Positions 49,779 through 63,049 are shown, numbered from the stretch's first letter. The stretch is 64,000 nucleotides of DNA from Lama guanicoe (GCA_013239625.1 MU053561.1:2744283-2808282); one strand, 5' to 3'. The notes: generated by a model not told the origin, from the sequence alone. A program made the numbers and translations.

Positions 49779-52700
49779 AAGTCCATGTGTGTGCATAGGT
49801 CTATGTAATTTTGTCCCATGTATAGATTTGTATAAATACCACACTGAAGATAGTAAACTGTTCCATCACTATAAAGAACTCCTTCATTTATCCTTTAACA
49901 ATTGCTCTCTCCTGGCAAACACTAACTCGTTAGCAGTACTGTTTTGAAGATGTCTCCTTGTTGCTGTGTACTCAATTTGTTGTTTCTAATTGCTTAAAAT
50001 TCTGCACAAGCACCATATTTTATTTACCCATTCTCTTGGTCACCACCTAGTTTACCTATAATTCTTTGTAAGAACAGATATAATGGGCTTGTGCAGGTAT
50101 TTCTGTAAGGTATATACATGCTGGGGTGAATCTGTCAGATCAGATGCTGAGTGAACGCTTGATACTGTCGGATGGCTCAGAACACATTCCTTTGATCAGA
50201 GCCTGACTACTGGATCATATTTAGTAGCAAGGGTGGATGGGAAGTGTAGTCTTTACCTTGGCAACCATGCATCCAAGTCAACTTAGAAGTTGGATAAGTT
50301 AGATAATTAGAAGGGGATAAGTTAGTTAACATGGCTGGATCTTCTCTTCCTACTATGCTAAGGCTTTTAATCAAAAATTTTTTTCATATACTGATATAAT
50401 CATGATTTTCCTCCTTTGAGCTATTTTGTAATTTTATTGATAGATTATTTTTATGTTGATGTTTCCCTACATTTCTTGGATAAACTATGCTTGATCGTGA
50501 CGTATTTATATTTAAAAAAATAATGTTGGCTTCATTTGTTAATATTTCATCTAGGATTTTTAAATCTACATTTGTAAGTGAAATAAACTCATTTTCCTTT
50601 TTTACATTATTCTTATTCAGTTTTGGAATTAATCTTATTTAGTTTTAACTTCATAAATTGAGCTGGGCAGTTTTTACTCTTTCTCTATTTTCTGAAATTA
50701 CTTGCATAAGATAGAAATTAATGCTTGTGGACATTTCTAGATGCCACCTCTACAAACTCACTGGACATTTCATTCTAAAGTAAGATCTCCAATAATGTAT
50801 CAGTTTTTAATGCCTCAGAGTCTGTTCCCGTTCTGTATTTCTTCTTGGGCGAATTTTGCTTTTTCTGTTTTCCAAGAACTGTATCAAAATATGTATTAAT
50901 TTGATTAATACATTAATACAAAAATGTATTAGTGTATGGTTAGTTATTCATAACACTCTTTTATTAGTTCTTGAATCTCTGCTGCACTTGTAGTTATTTC
51001 CTCTTTAGCATTGTTTTGTTTTGTTTTTTCTATTTAGGTCTTCTTGTTCTCTTTTTTCCCTTAAGTCATCTCACCCCAGGTCTTTTTAAAGCACCAGTTT
51101 ATGGCTTTATTAATCTCCTCTAGTTCTGTTGTTGTTATCTGCTATTTCATTGATTTCTTCCACCTTTATTATTATTTCTTTTCTTTCTGTTTCTTTGCTT
51201 ATTCTTTTCTCATCCTCCTGAATATTATCCTTTGTTTTCAACATGTGTTATATCTTGATAAATGTATTTAAAACTATATATCTGTCTCTAACTGCTACTG
51301 TAGATGTGGTCTTAGAATTTCGACGTGAGGTACTTTCATTATCGTTTGGTTTTATATATTTACTTCCTTGGTGACTATTATTAACCCAAGTATTACTTAA
51401 TATCATGGTTTCTATTTTTCTAGACATAATGTATTTCTAGTAAAATAATGTTTTCCAGTAGTCTGAACTAGATTATACTTTTCCTTATCTTTTAAAAAAT
51501 ATTTTCCAATTTAATTCATTATGCTCAAAAACTATAATCTGAATCACACTCATCCTTTAGACTTTCTTATAATTTCCTTTGTGGCCTAGTCTGTGATTAA
51601 TTTTTAAAACTGTTTTCTGTGTTTCAAAAAGAATATGTACTCTGTTGGCTACAGATAAATTGAGATTATTGACTGAAATATTCAGATTTTCTATATCACT
51701 GCTTATTTTTTTCTTGGCTTAATCTATTCATTTCTGAAGGCTCATTTTTCTCCTCTGTATACTTTCTTGTGTTTAAACTTCCAACTAAAATGATTGATTC
51801 ATCTACTTCTGGTCAAGTCCTATCAGTTGTCATTTTATATTTTTTGAGGTAGTATTCCTAGGTGCATATGTGTTTGCTCTACTATTCTTTCTACCAGTGT
51901 ATGATTTCCTTCCTTGTCCCTTGAATTTTCTTTTGTCAGGTATTAAGATTGCTGCCTCATCTTTCTTTTGGGTCCTATTTGCTTGGTATATTTTTGTTTT
52001 CAGTCTTTCTACATTCTTTTGTTGTAAATTTGTCTTCTGTAAACAATGTATTGTTGGATCTTCTAAAGTGTCCAATTTGAGATGCTCTGACTTTCGATTG
52101 GTAATTTAATCCATGTACATTTATTATAATCACTCTATGCTAAGACTGTTTCTGCCACCTTATTTTGTAGTTTTCGTGGTATCTTTTTGTTCTGTTTTAA
52201 ACTTCTCATTCTTCTTTGAGTAGATACGATTTTCTTCTGCTGGTTTAAAGAACACACTTTATTTTTGTTCTTACAGTGTTTGCTCTTACCTTAGGAGACA
52301 TACTTGTTTATTTCCTTCCTGACTTATTAAATATATCGATACCTGTTTCCTCTCCTCCAACAAGACAGTTAGATTAATATCTTCTCTCACCTCTTGGGAC
52401 TCTGCTTCCCCTGTCCCACCCACACTACATGCAACAACAATGGCAGCCACACCCAGCCACACGACACTGATACAACCTAGATCAGGTGTTAGTTCTGGGA
52501 TCTTAGGAATATAGTTTTTCCTTTGCTTTTTTCCTTTAATCTTCACCTTTTTTTTTAAGACAACAGTTTTGCTAGGTTATTTGACAACCCTAACTCCACA
52601 TTTCTCCACAACATCTGTTGCATTAATTTCTCTCTTTTTTGAATATTTCTTCCAAGGGTTTTCAAAATGAGTCAATGTATAGCACAGTTTCTGAGATTTT

Positions 52701-53235
52701 GTATGTCAGAAAATATATTTGTAATAGCCAGAATATTTTGTATTGTAGCCTCACATTTCTATATCAATTTGGCTGAATATAAAATTCTATGTACAACACT
52801 TTAAAAATAGTTTTCGTTTTTTATCTCCTTGCATCCAGTGTTGCTACTGAGAACTCCAATGTAAATCTGATGCCTGTTTTTTTTTTGTATGTGAGTTGCT
52901 TTCTCTTTCATAGTAATGGGTCTAATTTGGGGGGTTCCTATCTCTTCTGCTTGGCTCCATATCATAGCCTTCATTTTTCTCCCCATGTTCTTTTTTCCTC
53001 CTGTGATATCCCTCTTATCTGAATGTTGGTATTTTATCCCTCATATCTCTTAGTATTTCTTTTAATTTTAAAAATCTCTTTACATTTGCCCCTGCCTTCT
53101 GGAATAAGTCTTCAGGACTATATTCCAGCTCCTTGATTCATTCTTTCACTGTATCTATCTTGCTACTTATCCCAGCTATTATGCCTTTTGTTTCAATTAC
53201 TGTATTTTTCATAGTTGATATTTCCACTTGGTTGT
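49540..53235 (-). mobile_element. Old fragmented L1M element(s)
   Basis: ORF 51830-52075 DPTIHCLQKTNL...KIYQANRTQKKDEAAILIPDK is L1 endonuclease-like. Long T-rich antisense stretch. Confidence 0.8.
49744..49778. repeat. (TG)n microsatellite
   Basis: Direct reading; one interruption. Confidence 0.95.
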
Positions 53236-53639
53236 TCTCGCGTCATATTACTAACACCCCCCTTATCAAATTTCTGACACACCAATGGAACCAGCTTGTG
53301 CTGCTGGCCCTTTCCTCCAAAATTAACTCTTGGCAAACTACAGACGTACTGAAGACAAAGAAGCATGGACGTGAAAAACTAACCTGAAACTGAGAACACC
53401 CTGAGAAGACCAAAGGCTCTCGTGAGTGAGAGTGTGAGCAAGGGGATACCAGAGAATGGGTGTCCACAACCCGGGGTAGGAAAGGGTAGGTCAGGCGAGA
53501 GCTTGTAAAGGAGCCTTGCTCTCCAATCCCTGCCTCGTCACCACAGCAAACCTCAGCCACAGTCCTGTCAGTGTGGTGGTAGCAGAGAGAGTGAGGGGAG
53601 CTAATCTGAAGGTAGCGCAAGAAGAAAAAAGCAGCACGT

Positions 53640-53975
53640 ACCCAGTTCTCATTACTCATCGTGGCTGTGTCCTAGAAGTCACCACACACACTGAACTAGC
53701 AAATGCCAAACCATGCTCTCAGGGGAGATACAGGGTTAGGTTCCTGGAAACCTCTGGTCATGATATTTTGATCAGCTGATCAATTCGTAACCTTGTTTTA
53801 TGTGTTTCTGTTTAAAGATGCCTAACCTGAGATACATTGTTGATGCATTAACATTGAACTCATGGCCCACAGGCCGTAACTTATGCCTCAATGAAGCTTC
53901 TTTGACACATGGCTTTTCTCCATGAGGCACATGGAGCTTTCTTGCCCTTAGAAACACTTGACAGCACTTCAACAC
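53640..53975 (+). mobile_element. MER82-like (TcMar-Tigger) fragment followed by an MLT1 5' fragment
   Basis: atacagggttaggttcctg...ctctggtca...aaccttgttttatgtgtttctgtttaaaga...cattaacattgaactc. Confidence 0.75.
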
Positions 53976-54651
53976 TGTTATGGACTAAATTGTGTCCACC
54001 AAAATTTATATGTTGAAATCTGAATCCCAGTGTGACTGTATCTGGAGATGGAGGAAGATTAAAGACTGAAATCTGTGTGAAAAGGAGGGGCTTAGTGGCT
54101 GTGGACTGCACTCTTGGTGAAGTCTTCTTCATCTAGTTTGGTGGTTTTACTAAGAAACCCTGGATGTCAGTGTCTTAGGTCTTTTTCGATTAAGATTTTT
54201 TGATAAGATTTTTTTGATCTGAGAAATCTTTTCCAATATCCTGCCTAAAAATATCTTGAATATTCTTCCTATTTTCTGCAAGCTGGGTAGGGTAACAACT
54301 CAGTCCCAGCATTCAGTAGGTAAGGTGTATTTAACCCCTCTGTTTTCAATTGTGCTTCTGTTGGTTTTTTTTTTCCCCCTTCTTCTTCTGTTCTCTTTGT
54401 CCTTGTGGTTTATGTCTTTCACTTTTGTTAAGTTTAATGTTACATGTGTTGGTATTCAGAAGGGAGTAGAGGATGGTGCATGAGTTAAGCTGCTATTCCT
54501 AACCAGAAACTCCCCTGCCTTACCGTTACCCCTGCCCTGTTCCCTCCCTGAAGACCGCTCCCTGCAATCCTGGTATTGCCTTCGCCATCCACGTCCATGT
54601 GGCTGGGCCTGCTGCATCTGTTCATCTGGGACCTCCAGGGCTGCATGACTG

Positions 54652-55615
54652 CTTAAGTCCATGAAATTGATCACCATCTCCCAACATTTGCTGTAAGTAC
54701 CTTCCCTATGCCAGCCCTGACCAGTGGGTCAGTCTCACACTCTATCAGAGGTAGGCTATCAGAAAGACCAGAATTTCCCCTGCTTCCCCTTCCCGTGCTC
54801 TTTATTACTGTGAATAGACCACCCTCCTATGTCTTTAAACTTTGTCTTGTGGAGTAACGTCCAGATGTGTTATCAAGGTGGCCCTGCTTATGGGGCCAAG
54901 AAGGTGACCACAAGCTGGTGGCTCAATCTAGGCTTCATGGGGCGGAGCCACAGGCCTTTTCTTTAGCTTTAATACCCCTGGTGTGGGATTTTACCCATCT
55001 GTCCCACATGGCCAGATGTTAGGAAACTAACCCAGGTGAATCACACAGCACGCTAAGTCACCTCACAGAGTGCTTATTTATTAATTTGTAATAGGCTGTG
55101 TCTCTTTCCAATAACTGAGCCATTTACATCTTCTATCCAGGGTACTTCTCAGGTTCAAGCCAGAAAGAAGCTCACAGTTATCAGATGTCTTCTGCACACC
55201 AGGACATCCCAGTTACATTTATATACATTATTTCTAGTTAACCCTGGGAGGCGTTATCCCCATTCTACAGATGAGGAAACCAGTGTTCAAAGAGACTGAA
55301 TAAATTACTCAAGCTTGCAAAGTGAGATCAGAGCCTTCTGATTCCAGTACTTGTGGGCCTCCTCCTAGTTTGAACTGGAGGACCATAGAATGAGACACAG
55401 AGATGAGATGGGGTTCATGTCACACTGAGTTCAAGGGTCAAGAAAGGCCTCTTTGATGACCCTCAATGTGAGTCCTGAAAGAGGAGTGTGGACAGGTGAA
55501 GAACCAGGTGAAGAATGTGGGCAGTGGGGTCAGCACTTAAACCCATGAAACTGATCACCATCTCCCAACATTTGCGTAAGCACCTTCCCTATGGCAGCCC
55601 TGACCAGTGGGTCAG
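54652..55615 (+). repeat. Dispersed ~81-bp direct repeat (54652-54732 and 55536-55615)
   Basis: The two copies differ by 5 substitutions and 1 indel by manual alignment. Confidence 0.92.
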
Positions 55616-56794
55616 GACATTCAGTCAGCACATTCCCTGTGGTGGGGAACACACGGGTGAGCTTGAGGAACCATGTGGCTACAGCCCAGCCAGCACAGGC
55701 GAGCCCTGAGGAGCCCACCCTAGAGATGGCGCAAGTAAGACTGAGATGAAATTACCAGTCCACAGCCAAGGTCCCCTTGGAGCTAGGCTGACCCAGATGC
55801 TAGGGTCAGATTGCTTTTAGGGAAGCTGGAAGGATATCAGAAAGACTGGACTTTTCCATCTTCATGTGACACTCTGGGAAGTTCCTGTGCCTCAATTTAC
55901 CTAAATATATTCTCCAGCCAGGCTGAGTTCCTTGTAGTAGAAATTACCTGCAGAGGACTAGTAAAGTAGATTGTCACTGTTTTTTCTTTTTTTTTAAATC
56001 TATAAAATCCTCAAATAGGACCAGTCACTGGTGGTTAGTAATTGGAGGACCAGTAGACCTGGGGTTCCCCACTTGAATAAGCATCAAAATTATTATTGTT
56101 AAAAATAACAGAGGCCCAGGCCCAACCTAAGCTACTGAATCACCAGCATTTTATTTTTTGCAGCCACTCTGACCGCTTCTCAGAAAGTCCACGCTCTGGG
56201 AAAGGCGGAGCGGGAGGTAGAGGTCACACAACCCCAGCAGGGGTGCCTGCAGCACAGAGCTCGCTTTCCGCCTCACAGCGGAGGTTCCAGCAGGCCGGGG
56301 AGCATCCCTTACATATGTAGTTGCTTCATATGTTTGCTTCCTTTTCCCTCATCCATCAAGACTGTACTCACCCATTGAATCAATTGGCTTAGTGATATAA
56401 ATTTTTTTCAATGAAGTGGTATGGGCGATACGGAGAAACGGTCAACGTCTTCATGAAGCTTACTAAGTGTGCATTTCATCAGTTCTAAAATGCACTTTTT
56501 CCACATTTTAACACCTCAGAAATGGAATTGGGCATAACATTGAATGTGTCTGAGCATTTGTTACAATGTAACTGAGAATGTTTTTTCTTTCTTATGGCTT
56601 AGGAAATAATGGTGCCAGTTAAAATCAGTAGTTATCTTCAAATTGATGAAATATGGTAGTGGGAAAAGGAACAACACACTTACATAAACAGGTAGCTGGC
56701 AAGAGCTTTGCTCATGCTTCTCATGCATGAGTAATTCTGCACTTCTGCTTCATCAGTTCTACTAACCAATTACAACTCAATTCAAATGCCACCT

Positions 56795-57055
56795 CCTCCA
56801 GGAAGCCTTCTGTGTCACCCCAGCCCCACTACCCAATCTGGATTCCAAGTTCTTCCTTTGGGCCCCTGTGCTGGCCTCTAACGTATGCTTATCATGCTGT
56901 GTTACATTTATCCTGTTATCAGTCCACCGCTCCCCCAACTAGATGGTGAGCACCTTGAAAGCAAAGATGCAAGGTATACCTCTGTGCTCCTAGTACCTGG
57001 CACAGAGCCTGGTTTACAGCAGAAGTTCAATAAATGTTTGTTGAATGAGTAAATT
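56795..57055 (+). mobile_element. L2 3' end
   Basis: tcaaatgccacctcctccaggaagccttc...cctggcacagag...tcaataaatgtttgttgaatgag. Confidence 0.8.
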
Positions 57056-57279
57056 CTAAAGGGTTGGATAGTTACAGGCCATAGATGTTCTGACCCATAT
57101 GTGAGACCACAGGATTTCAGAAGAAAGGCAGAGTGCAGGGCTGGAAAGGCTGAGGAGGGCTTCTGGGAGGCAATGGGTTAGGAGCCATTCTGGCAGGGTG
57201 GCTGGTGGACTCACTCAGGGCTGCAGGGAGGAATGAAGACGTGGGCAGCGCTAAGACCTTCATTTCTCTTACTAGGTGT

Positions 57280-57600
57280 AGATCTGTGGTGACTGTCACT
57301 TGACTGGATTTTGTGTTTAATTTCAGGAAGCTATGGGCCTCAACAACGTTCAACATTATTCTTAATAATTAACTCTAGGTGCTAAAACAATAGATGCTCA
57401 GGTTCAGAGAAAAGAGCAGTTCAACCCTCACTGAGTTCTCACAGGAAGTCCTGAATACACATAGATTTTGTGGTTTAGACCTCAGAGCTTCCTGCCAGAG
57501 CTTTACAAGCTTTAGCAAGTCTAAGCAGCCAGGAGAAGGCGGGCGGATGGGACCACAAACAACATGGTACCAACATTTCAAAGCAGGTGCCTTCTTACCA
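57280..57600. promoter_or_regulatory. Putative CD2 3' T-cell enhancer (LCR core)
   Basis: ETS cores CAGGAAG 57324-57330, ACAGGAAGT 57441-57449 and CTTCCTG 57488-57494; RUNX TGTGGTT 57469-57475 and ACCACA 57552-57557; TCF/LEF TTCAAAG 57577-57583 abutting E-box CAGGTG 57584-57589. It lies ~0.55-0.85 kb past the distal polyA signal, and human CD2 has an established 3' enhancer/LCR. Confidence 0.7.
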
Positions 57601-58134
57601 TCTATTGATTTAGAACCTCAACTGTAAACTGTTTTTTTTTTCTCCCCCACTTCCCCCAAAGTACAGCTAGCATGACTGCTTGGTGCTGGTGGGGTCTGAC
57701 CTTTTAATAATGGTCACTTAAGACTTGGGATTTGATTCAACTGAATTGTCTCTTAGCTTGCCCTCTGGACATTGTCTGGGAGGCTCACAGAACCCCAGTG
57801 TTCATGGAGCCCCCTCTTCTGAAGGAGAGGTCTACAGATCACTGTGATCGCGTCTGAGCAGTCAAGGAAATGAGACCCAAACAGTTACGGTTTCTGGTGT
57901 TTCTCGTTGAAGTTTGCTCATAAAGATTTCAATTCGTTATATAAATCTACCAATAGGTTATGGGTCCAGCTTTGCAGCTGAGACCTGGGGAGTGGATTCT
58001 GGTTGTTCTAGTGGGGATTAAGGTGGCCCAGTTAAACTGGGGTGACCCAATTTGATCCTGCTGTCACACCCCACTAACCAGTCTCTTTTGCATTCAGCAG
58101 CTGGATGTTGGGCTCCTTTCTAACAATGAGTAAA

Positions 58135-58620
58135 CACTGTGGTCAAGTCAAGGCTTTTATTTCACTTCTATTCCTGAGACAGTGAGCAGCTGCCCATCAG
58201 GCACATAAGAAACCCAACAGTGTCCCAAACAGGCAGACTGCTCGCAGGGAGACACAGGCACAGCGACCGCTTGACATCTGACACCTGCACGTGGTCTGAG
58301 GCGATCTCTAGGATTTTGTACTTAGTCACTGATCATCCTAATATTTGCATTTTTATTATTTTTCTCTTCCTGGTGTGGTAGAGGTCTGTGTGGAGGCCAG
58401 AGATGCCAGATGTCAGATCAGGTGGCTGAGTCAGAAGGTGCAGACATGATAGTGGCTCCTGAGCTTGGGAGCTGGCGATCAGGGTCTGCTCATAGAACAC
58501 CCGTGATGGAAGTGCGGGCGTACACATCTGGAGTGGAGAAATTCCACAGTGCCTTCTCCAAGAAAGGACCATTCCTATTGCTTTTCATTAGAAGAAGGTG
58601 GCAACTGAGTGAGGAGACAG
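58135..58620 (-). terminator. CD2: CD2 3' UTR with two AATAAA polyadenylation signals (58352-58357 proximal, 58156-58161 distal)
   Basis: tttatt on the + strand at both positions. The distal one reads gaaATAAAAgccttgact, resembling the human CD2 mRNA end as I recall it. The cleavage position is approximate. Confidence 0.75.
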
Positions 58621-58943
58621 TTACACGTTTTCTTCGGCTTCACGGAGAGGTTTAGATTGAACTCGAGGCTTGGGGAGGGGAGGGCCTTTTTGCTGGTGAC
58701 CTTGTGTTCCCGGGGTAGGAGGAGGCCTCTTTTTCTGTGCGTGCTGGACACGGGGGCCAGGAGGCCCGGGACGATGAGCAGGTGCCTGGGGGCGATGAGC
58801 AGGTGTTTGGGGACGATGGCCAGGTGTTGGAGGAGTTTGGGACATGGCTGGATTTGGAGGAGTTGAACCTGGAATTTGGTAGGACTTCCGTCCCCTTTCC
58901 TCGGCAGGGGTCACTCTATTCACTCCTGTCTCCAGCTCCTCAT
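58621..58943 (-). CDS. CD2: CD2 last coding exon (proline-rich cytoplasmic tail); the Ig-domain exons lie beyond the right end of the window
   Basis: Acceptor ttgttgcag|AT joins the G of the previous exon to give D-EELETGVNRVTPAEERGRKSYQIPGSTPPNPAMSQ...HQQKGPPLPKPRVQSKPLREAEENV*. The HQQKGPPLPxPRVQ motif is diagnostic of CD2. Intron 58944-62220. Confidence 0.97.
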
Positions 58944-61900
58944 CTGCAACAATAAAAACCTCTGAAGAGTTTTCTTGGCAAGATATGATCAAGATCAGTG
59001 CAACTATTTACTGAACATGCCTCCTATGTACAAGGCGTCATGCCAGCTACTCTGGTGCACGCAATGAGGAAGCAGAAGCCACCTCTACCCTCCAGAGATT
59101 CCAGGTCTTGAAGGGGAGACAGAAATGCCCACCATCAAGGGAGAGTGAGAGTCCAAGGCTTTAGAAAACTCAGGGAGCCAAAGGCGAGATGTGTGAAAGG
59201 CTTTGGGTCTCTCGAGAACAAAGTGGGCACCCAGACCCCAGAGCCCTGACTCCGAGTCACCCCAGGGGCCACACCTTGAGAGCACCTCAGGGTTCTAGCC
59301 CTTGTCATGGGACCTAAGTAGTCAGAGAAGACATTGTCAACTACCTGCCTTCAGGTGGGTCTTTCTGTTAGATCTGCCTTTCCCCCAGTTCTCCTGTAAT
59401 GTGACCCACATTCATTCTGGTGAGGGGTTGGGTTATATGCAAGGAGTTTTTAATTCTTAGAAACAATAGTTTCCCAGAAATTCATAAGCAAGCGCCGTCC
59501 TCTTGGGCTTGGAAAGAAAAGAATTCCTCCTCTGGTCACCCCTCTGGGATTTTCTGCTTTCTGTGATGGCAGCCCATGAAGACAGGCCCACGACTCACAG
59601 TAATGTAATTTTTCCTTTGCTGTTTTAAAATCACACAGGAAATCTGTGCAGATGCTCAGATGCTCTAGGCCTGGAGGTTCCCGCTGGCCCTCTGGCCTCC
59701 GTTGGGCTACAGGTTGGGTAATCTGGTCCCTGTGCCCAAAGCCATCATTGCAGTGCTCTGGAGAAAGCTCGGAAGAGGGGCTCCCCTGGGGTGCATGAAC
59801 CACCGCTCACGTTGGTGCAGGGGTATGCGGCTTAGGAAGCACACGCCCGCTCTGAGCATCGTCCTGCAACTTTGGGTGCTAATGCCAGTTCAGACGGCCT
59901 CTTTCAACTGCTAGAAATCCAGGCCTGGGGGCTTTAAATCTGAAGACTCAAAGCCAAACGTTGTGGTTTTGATGTGGAGAGGCTGGTGTGCTCGAAGCAC
60001 AAAAAGTAAAATGCACAGAAAAGGAGAAACAGTTTCTGTGCCACCTTTGGTGCCTCCAGGTAGCAGAGGTCAGGCCAGGAGGCCCCGGAGAGTGCTCTGG
60101 CAATCCCAGTTCCCAGCTGCAGGGCAGTGGGCGGTCCTTTTGCATCTCCATACGGCAAGCTTGGGCTGGCCGTTTGCTTACTCTTCTGTTCACCCACTGT
60201 TTTGTTCATTTGGTTTTTGAACATTTTCCCCCCATCTTCTAGGTGTTAGGTGCCACTGCTAAGTGGCAGTGATGGCTCAGACACAAGCATTGTCCTCAGG
60301 AAGCCAAGTAAGTGGCTGCAACGAACCGACACTGCGAATCACAGTCAGTCTCTGGTGAGGACCCAGGGCCACCAGAGAGGTGCAAAGAGCCCCATGAGTT
60401 CTTGGAGGAGCGGGGTGTGGCCAACTGGCTGAGGCCTCAGGCTGGCTTGGCTCTGTGCAGCCTGCCGGGTCAGAGGAGGACGGGGGACCTGGAAGCCCAT
60501 GCCTGCAACTTCAGCCCCTGCCCACATGGCTGCTTCGTGGAATTCCTCCAACCTCAGTGCTCTCCTCCCTCCCCATATCTCCTGGTTACTCAACCCTGGG
60601 CCAGGACTAGATTGAAGCAAGCAGACGCCAAGGGCACAAAACCAAAGAAGGCCTAACTCCTGGCGTTGTGCAAGGGCAGGGTCAACTCTAAGGGGGAAGA
60701 TATCCTCAAGTTTTGCACCCTGAGCTCCGGGTTCACCTTACCCTCATCCTAACTCAGCCTCCTGGCCGTAGAATTTGGGGCAAATCATTTGACCTCATTG
60801 AATTAAACTTCTGTGTCTGAATGAATATTATCTATCTCATAAGATCACTCAGAAAGTTGAGTGAGATAATGAATATAAAGAAATATATATATAATATAAA
60901 TATATTACAGAGATCAGTGCCTGGTACAGCCAACTGCTTTGTCAACTTGAGCCAATCATCACGCTGTCCAGTCAGCCTGTTGAAAGTAGAGATTGCCTTG
61001 TCTTAGGTGACATGCAAGGTCCACCTTGGAAGGATGCGTGATCTTTGACCATTAGGCAGAGAAGGAAAGAGCCCCTGCAGGGGGATAGGGGGCCGAGAAC
61101 TGCCAGAGCAGGGCCCAGAAGTGAGGAGGCTGTGGGTGCCGATGGGTCTCCACCAACAATTCTGTTCCCCTGGAGCGGAGAGTGTGTGTGAGACGGTGGT
61201 GGAAGCGCAGGGCCATGCTGGGGGCAGGGGTGTAGCGGGACATGAGGCGGAGGGGCAGTGGCCTGAAAGAGGCCTGGGGAAAGATGTCTGATTTGAGGAA
61301 GCCAGAGCCAAAGGTGGTTCAAGGCCACCACTGCCTGGGCAGGTTCAGACCAGGTCGTTCTTTGGGTGGTCCAGGCGGCAGCTGGCAGGGACACACTGGG
61401 CCTGCTCCTGGGAGAGACCCCGTGTAGGGGACCCAGTCCTGCTGTGAATGGGAACTTGCACAGAACCTGAGGGACCTGCCCGCCTGGCCGCATGTCCTGC
61501 TGATGGCTGGGCAACCCTTGAAGGACCCAGCTGCAACATGGGGTCCCAGCACCCCTGTCCCAGCATCCACAAGGACACCATTATCCAAACATGCTGCCTC
61601 AGTTGGCCTGGATACCCCCTGAGCCAGCTCCCCACTTATGAACATAACATTTTCATTCTTGGTGGGTTGTCAGGCCTGATTCAAGGAAGAAACACTCTGC
61701 AGCCCTAACATACCCCCTCGGAACAGCCAATTGGAAAGAGGTATTAACATCCAGCTTGGGAACAAATGTATTCCTGTGAGTCCCCGGTGCCCTGAAATTT
61801 TACCTGTATTCCCAGGAGCTTGATCCTCAACACATCTTGGCCACCCCCTCAGGAGAGGACGAGATGTTTGTTCATGGAAATGGAGTTTTGAAGCTAATCT

Positions 61901-62220
61901 TTTTGCACACGTAGATATACGTGGCTCACTGGAAATCTGTCCACAGAGCCTCACACTGAGTCAGCCTCAGGTGGTGGATTCCAGTGAGGCCGCCTGGATT
62001 CAGCTTCTCAAAGCTCCCACATTGTCACCACCGAGAATTTGTTTTTCAAAAATCAAGCTAACCACAAAATGGAACAAACTGTAACCGCCAGTTACAGCCC
62101 TGACATTCTGAAACTACCCGTCTCCATTATTTTCTTTCCAGACTCTGAGTGCCAGCCCCATGAGTTGTTTCCACGGGGATTTCACGCGGGCCTGCAGGGG
62201 GACGGCAGGGGGGAGCTTAC

Positions 62221-62343
62221 CGTTTCTCCTACGGCTCTGTTTTTTCCTCTTGCTGATGTAGAAAATGAGTAGTGCCACAAAGACAAGGAAGACGGTGCCT
62301 CCTCCGCAAATGCCAATGATGAGATAGATATCCAGACCTTTCT
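62221..62343 (-). CDS. CD2: CD2 penultimate exon (transmembrane), 123 bp, phase 1 to phase 1
   Basis: Translates (E)KGLDIYLIIGICGGGTVFLVFVALLIFYISKRKKQSRRRN, matching the CD2 TM/juxtamembrane region. Acceptor cttgcag| and donor AACG|gtaagc on the minus strand. Confidence 0.97.
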
Positions 62344-63049
62344 CTGCAAGAGGAATGGACGTGGGATGGAAGGGGTGGTCCTGGGCAGAGGGCCATTTCT
62401 CTGCTCTGGCCAAGGACTCTTGCCTCCTGCCGTTCAGATAAAAGAGCTCGATGTGACTTCTACTCTCACAGAGGCCAAGCTCACGGAGGCTGGTGGATTC
62501 TGTCACTGCCTGAAGGGGCACCGGGTCCAGGCTAAGCCCCTCCAAAGGCTCCTTGGAGGACTGCTCTCCTGGACCAGAGATGCCTGATTCTTCATGTGCC
62601 AAGGCGCTGTCCCCTGCCCCGTATCAGGGAGAACGTCACAGAAGTTTAGATCTGAGAAAGAGTTTAGAGACTAGCGTCACCTCTAGCTTCGCAGACAAGG
62701 CCCAGAGAGGGAGGATGAGTTGCCTGAGGCCACACTGTGTCCTTTCCTGTGTGATTCCTTTAAGCAGTCCCTCATCTCCATGTTTCTGCACTATTTATCC
62801 AGCTTCATTTCTGGCTGCCCTCCTACAGCATGATTTTTTCCCTAACCCTCTTGACCAGGCAGTTTCCAAAGACTTGGGGGACATGTTTCATGTGTCCAGC
62901 CCAGCTCTCTGACCACAGATTTTCCCCAAACTGTGAGAGAAACTCAGACACACAGTGAGTTAGCAGCAGGTGTTGACTAGACCGTCAGCCCACAGACCTT
63001 CAGTTGCCCTAATGCAATGAGGATAACAATGACTTTGTGTTAAGAGAAA

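Noticed and set aside
62114..62602. 162-aa ORF as a stand-alone gene
   Set aside because: Only 62221-62343 is CD2 exon; the flanks are intron read-through. The same applies to the N-terminus of ORF 58621-58992.
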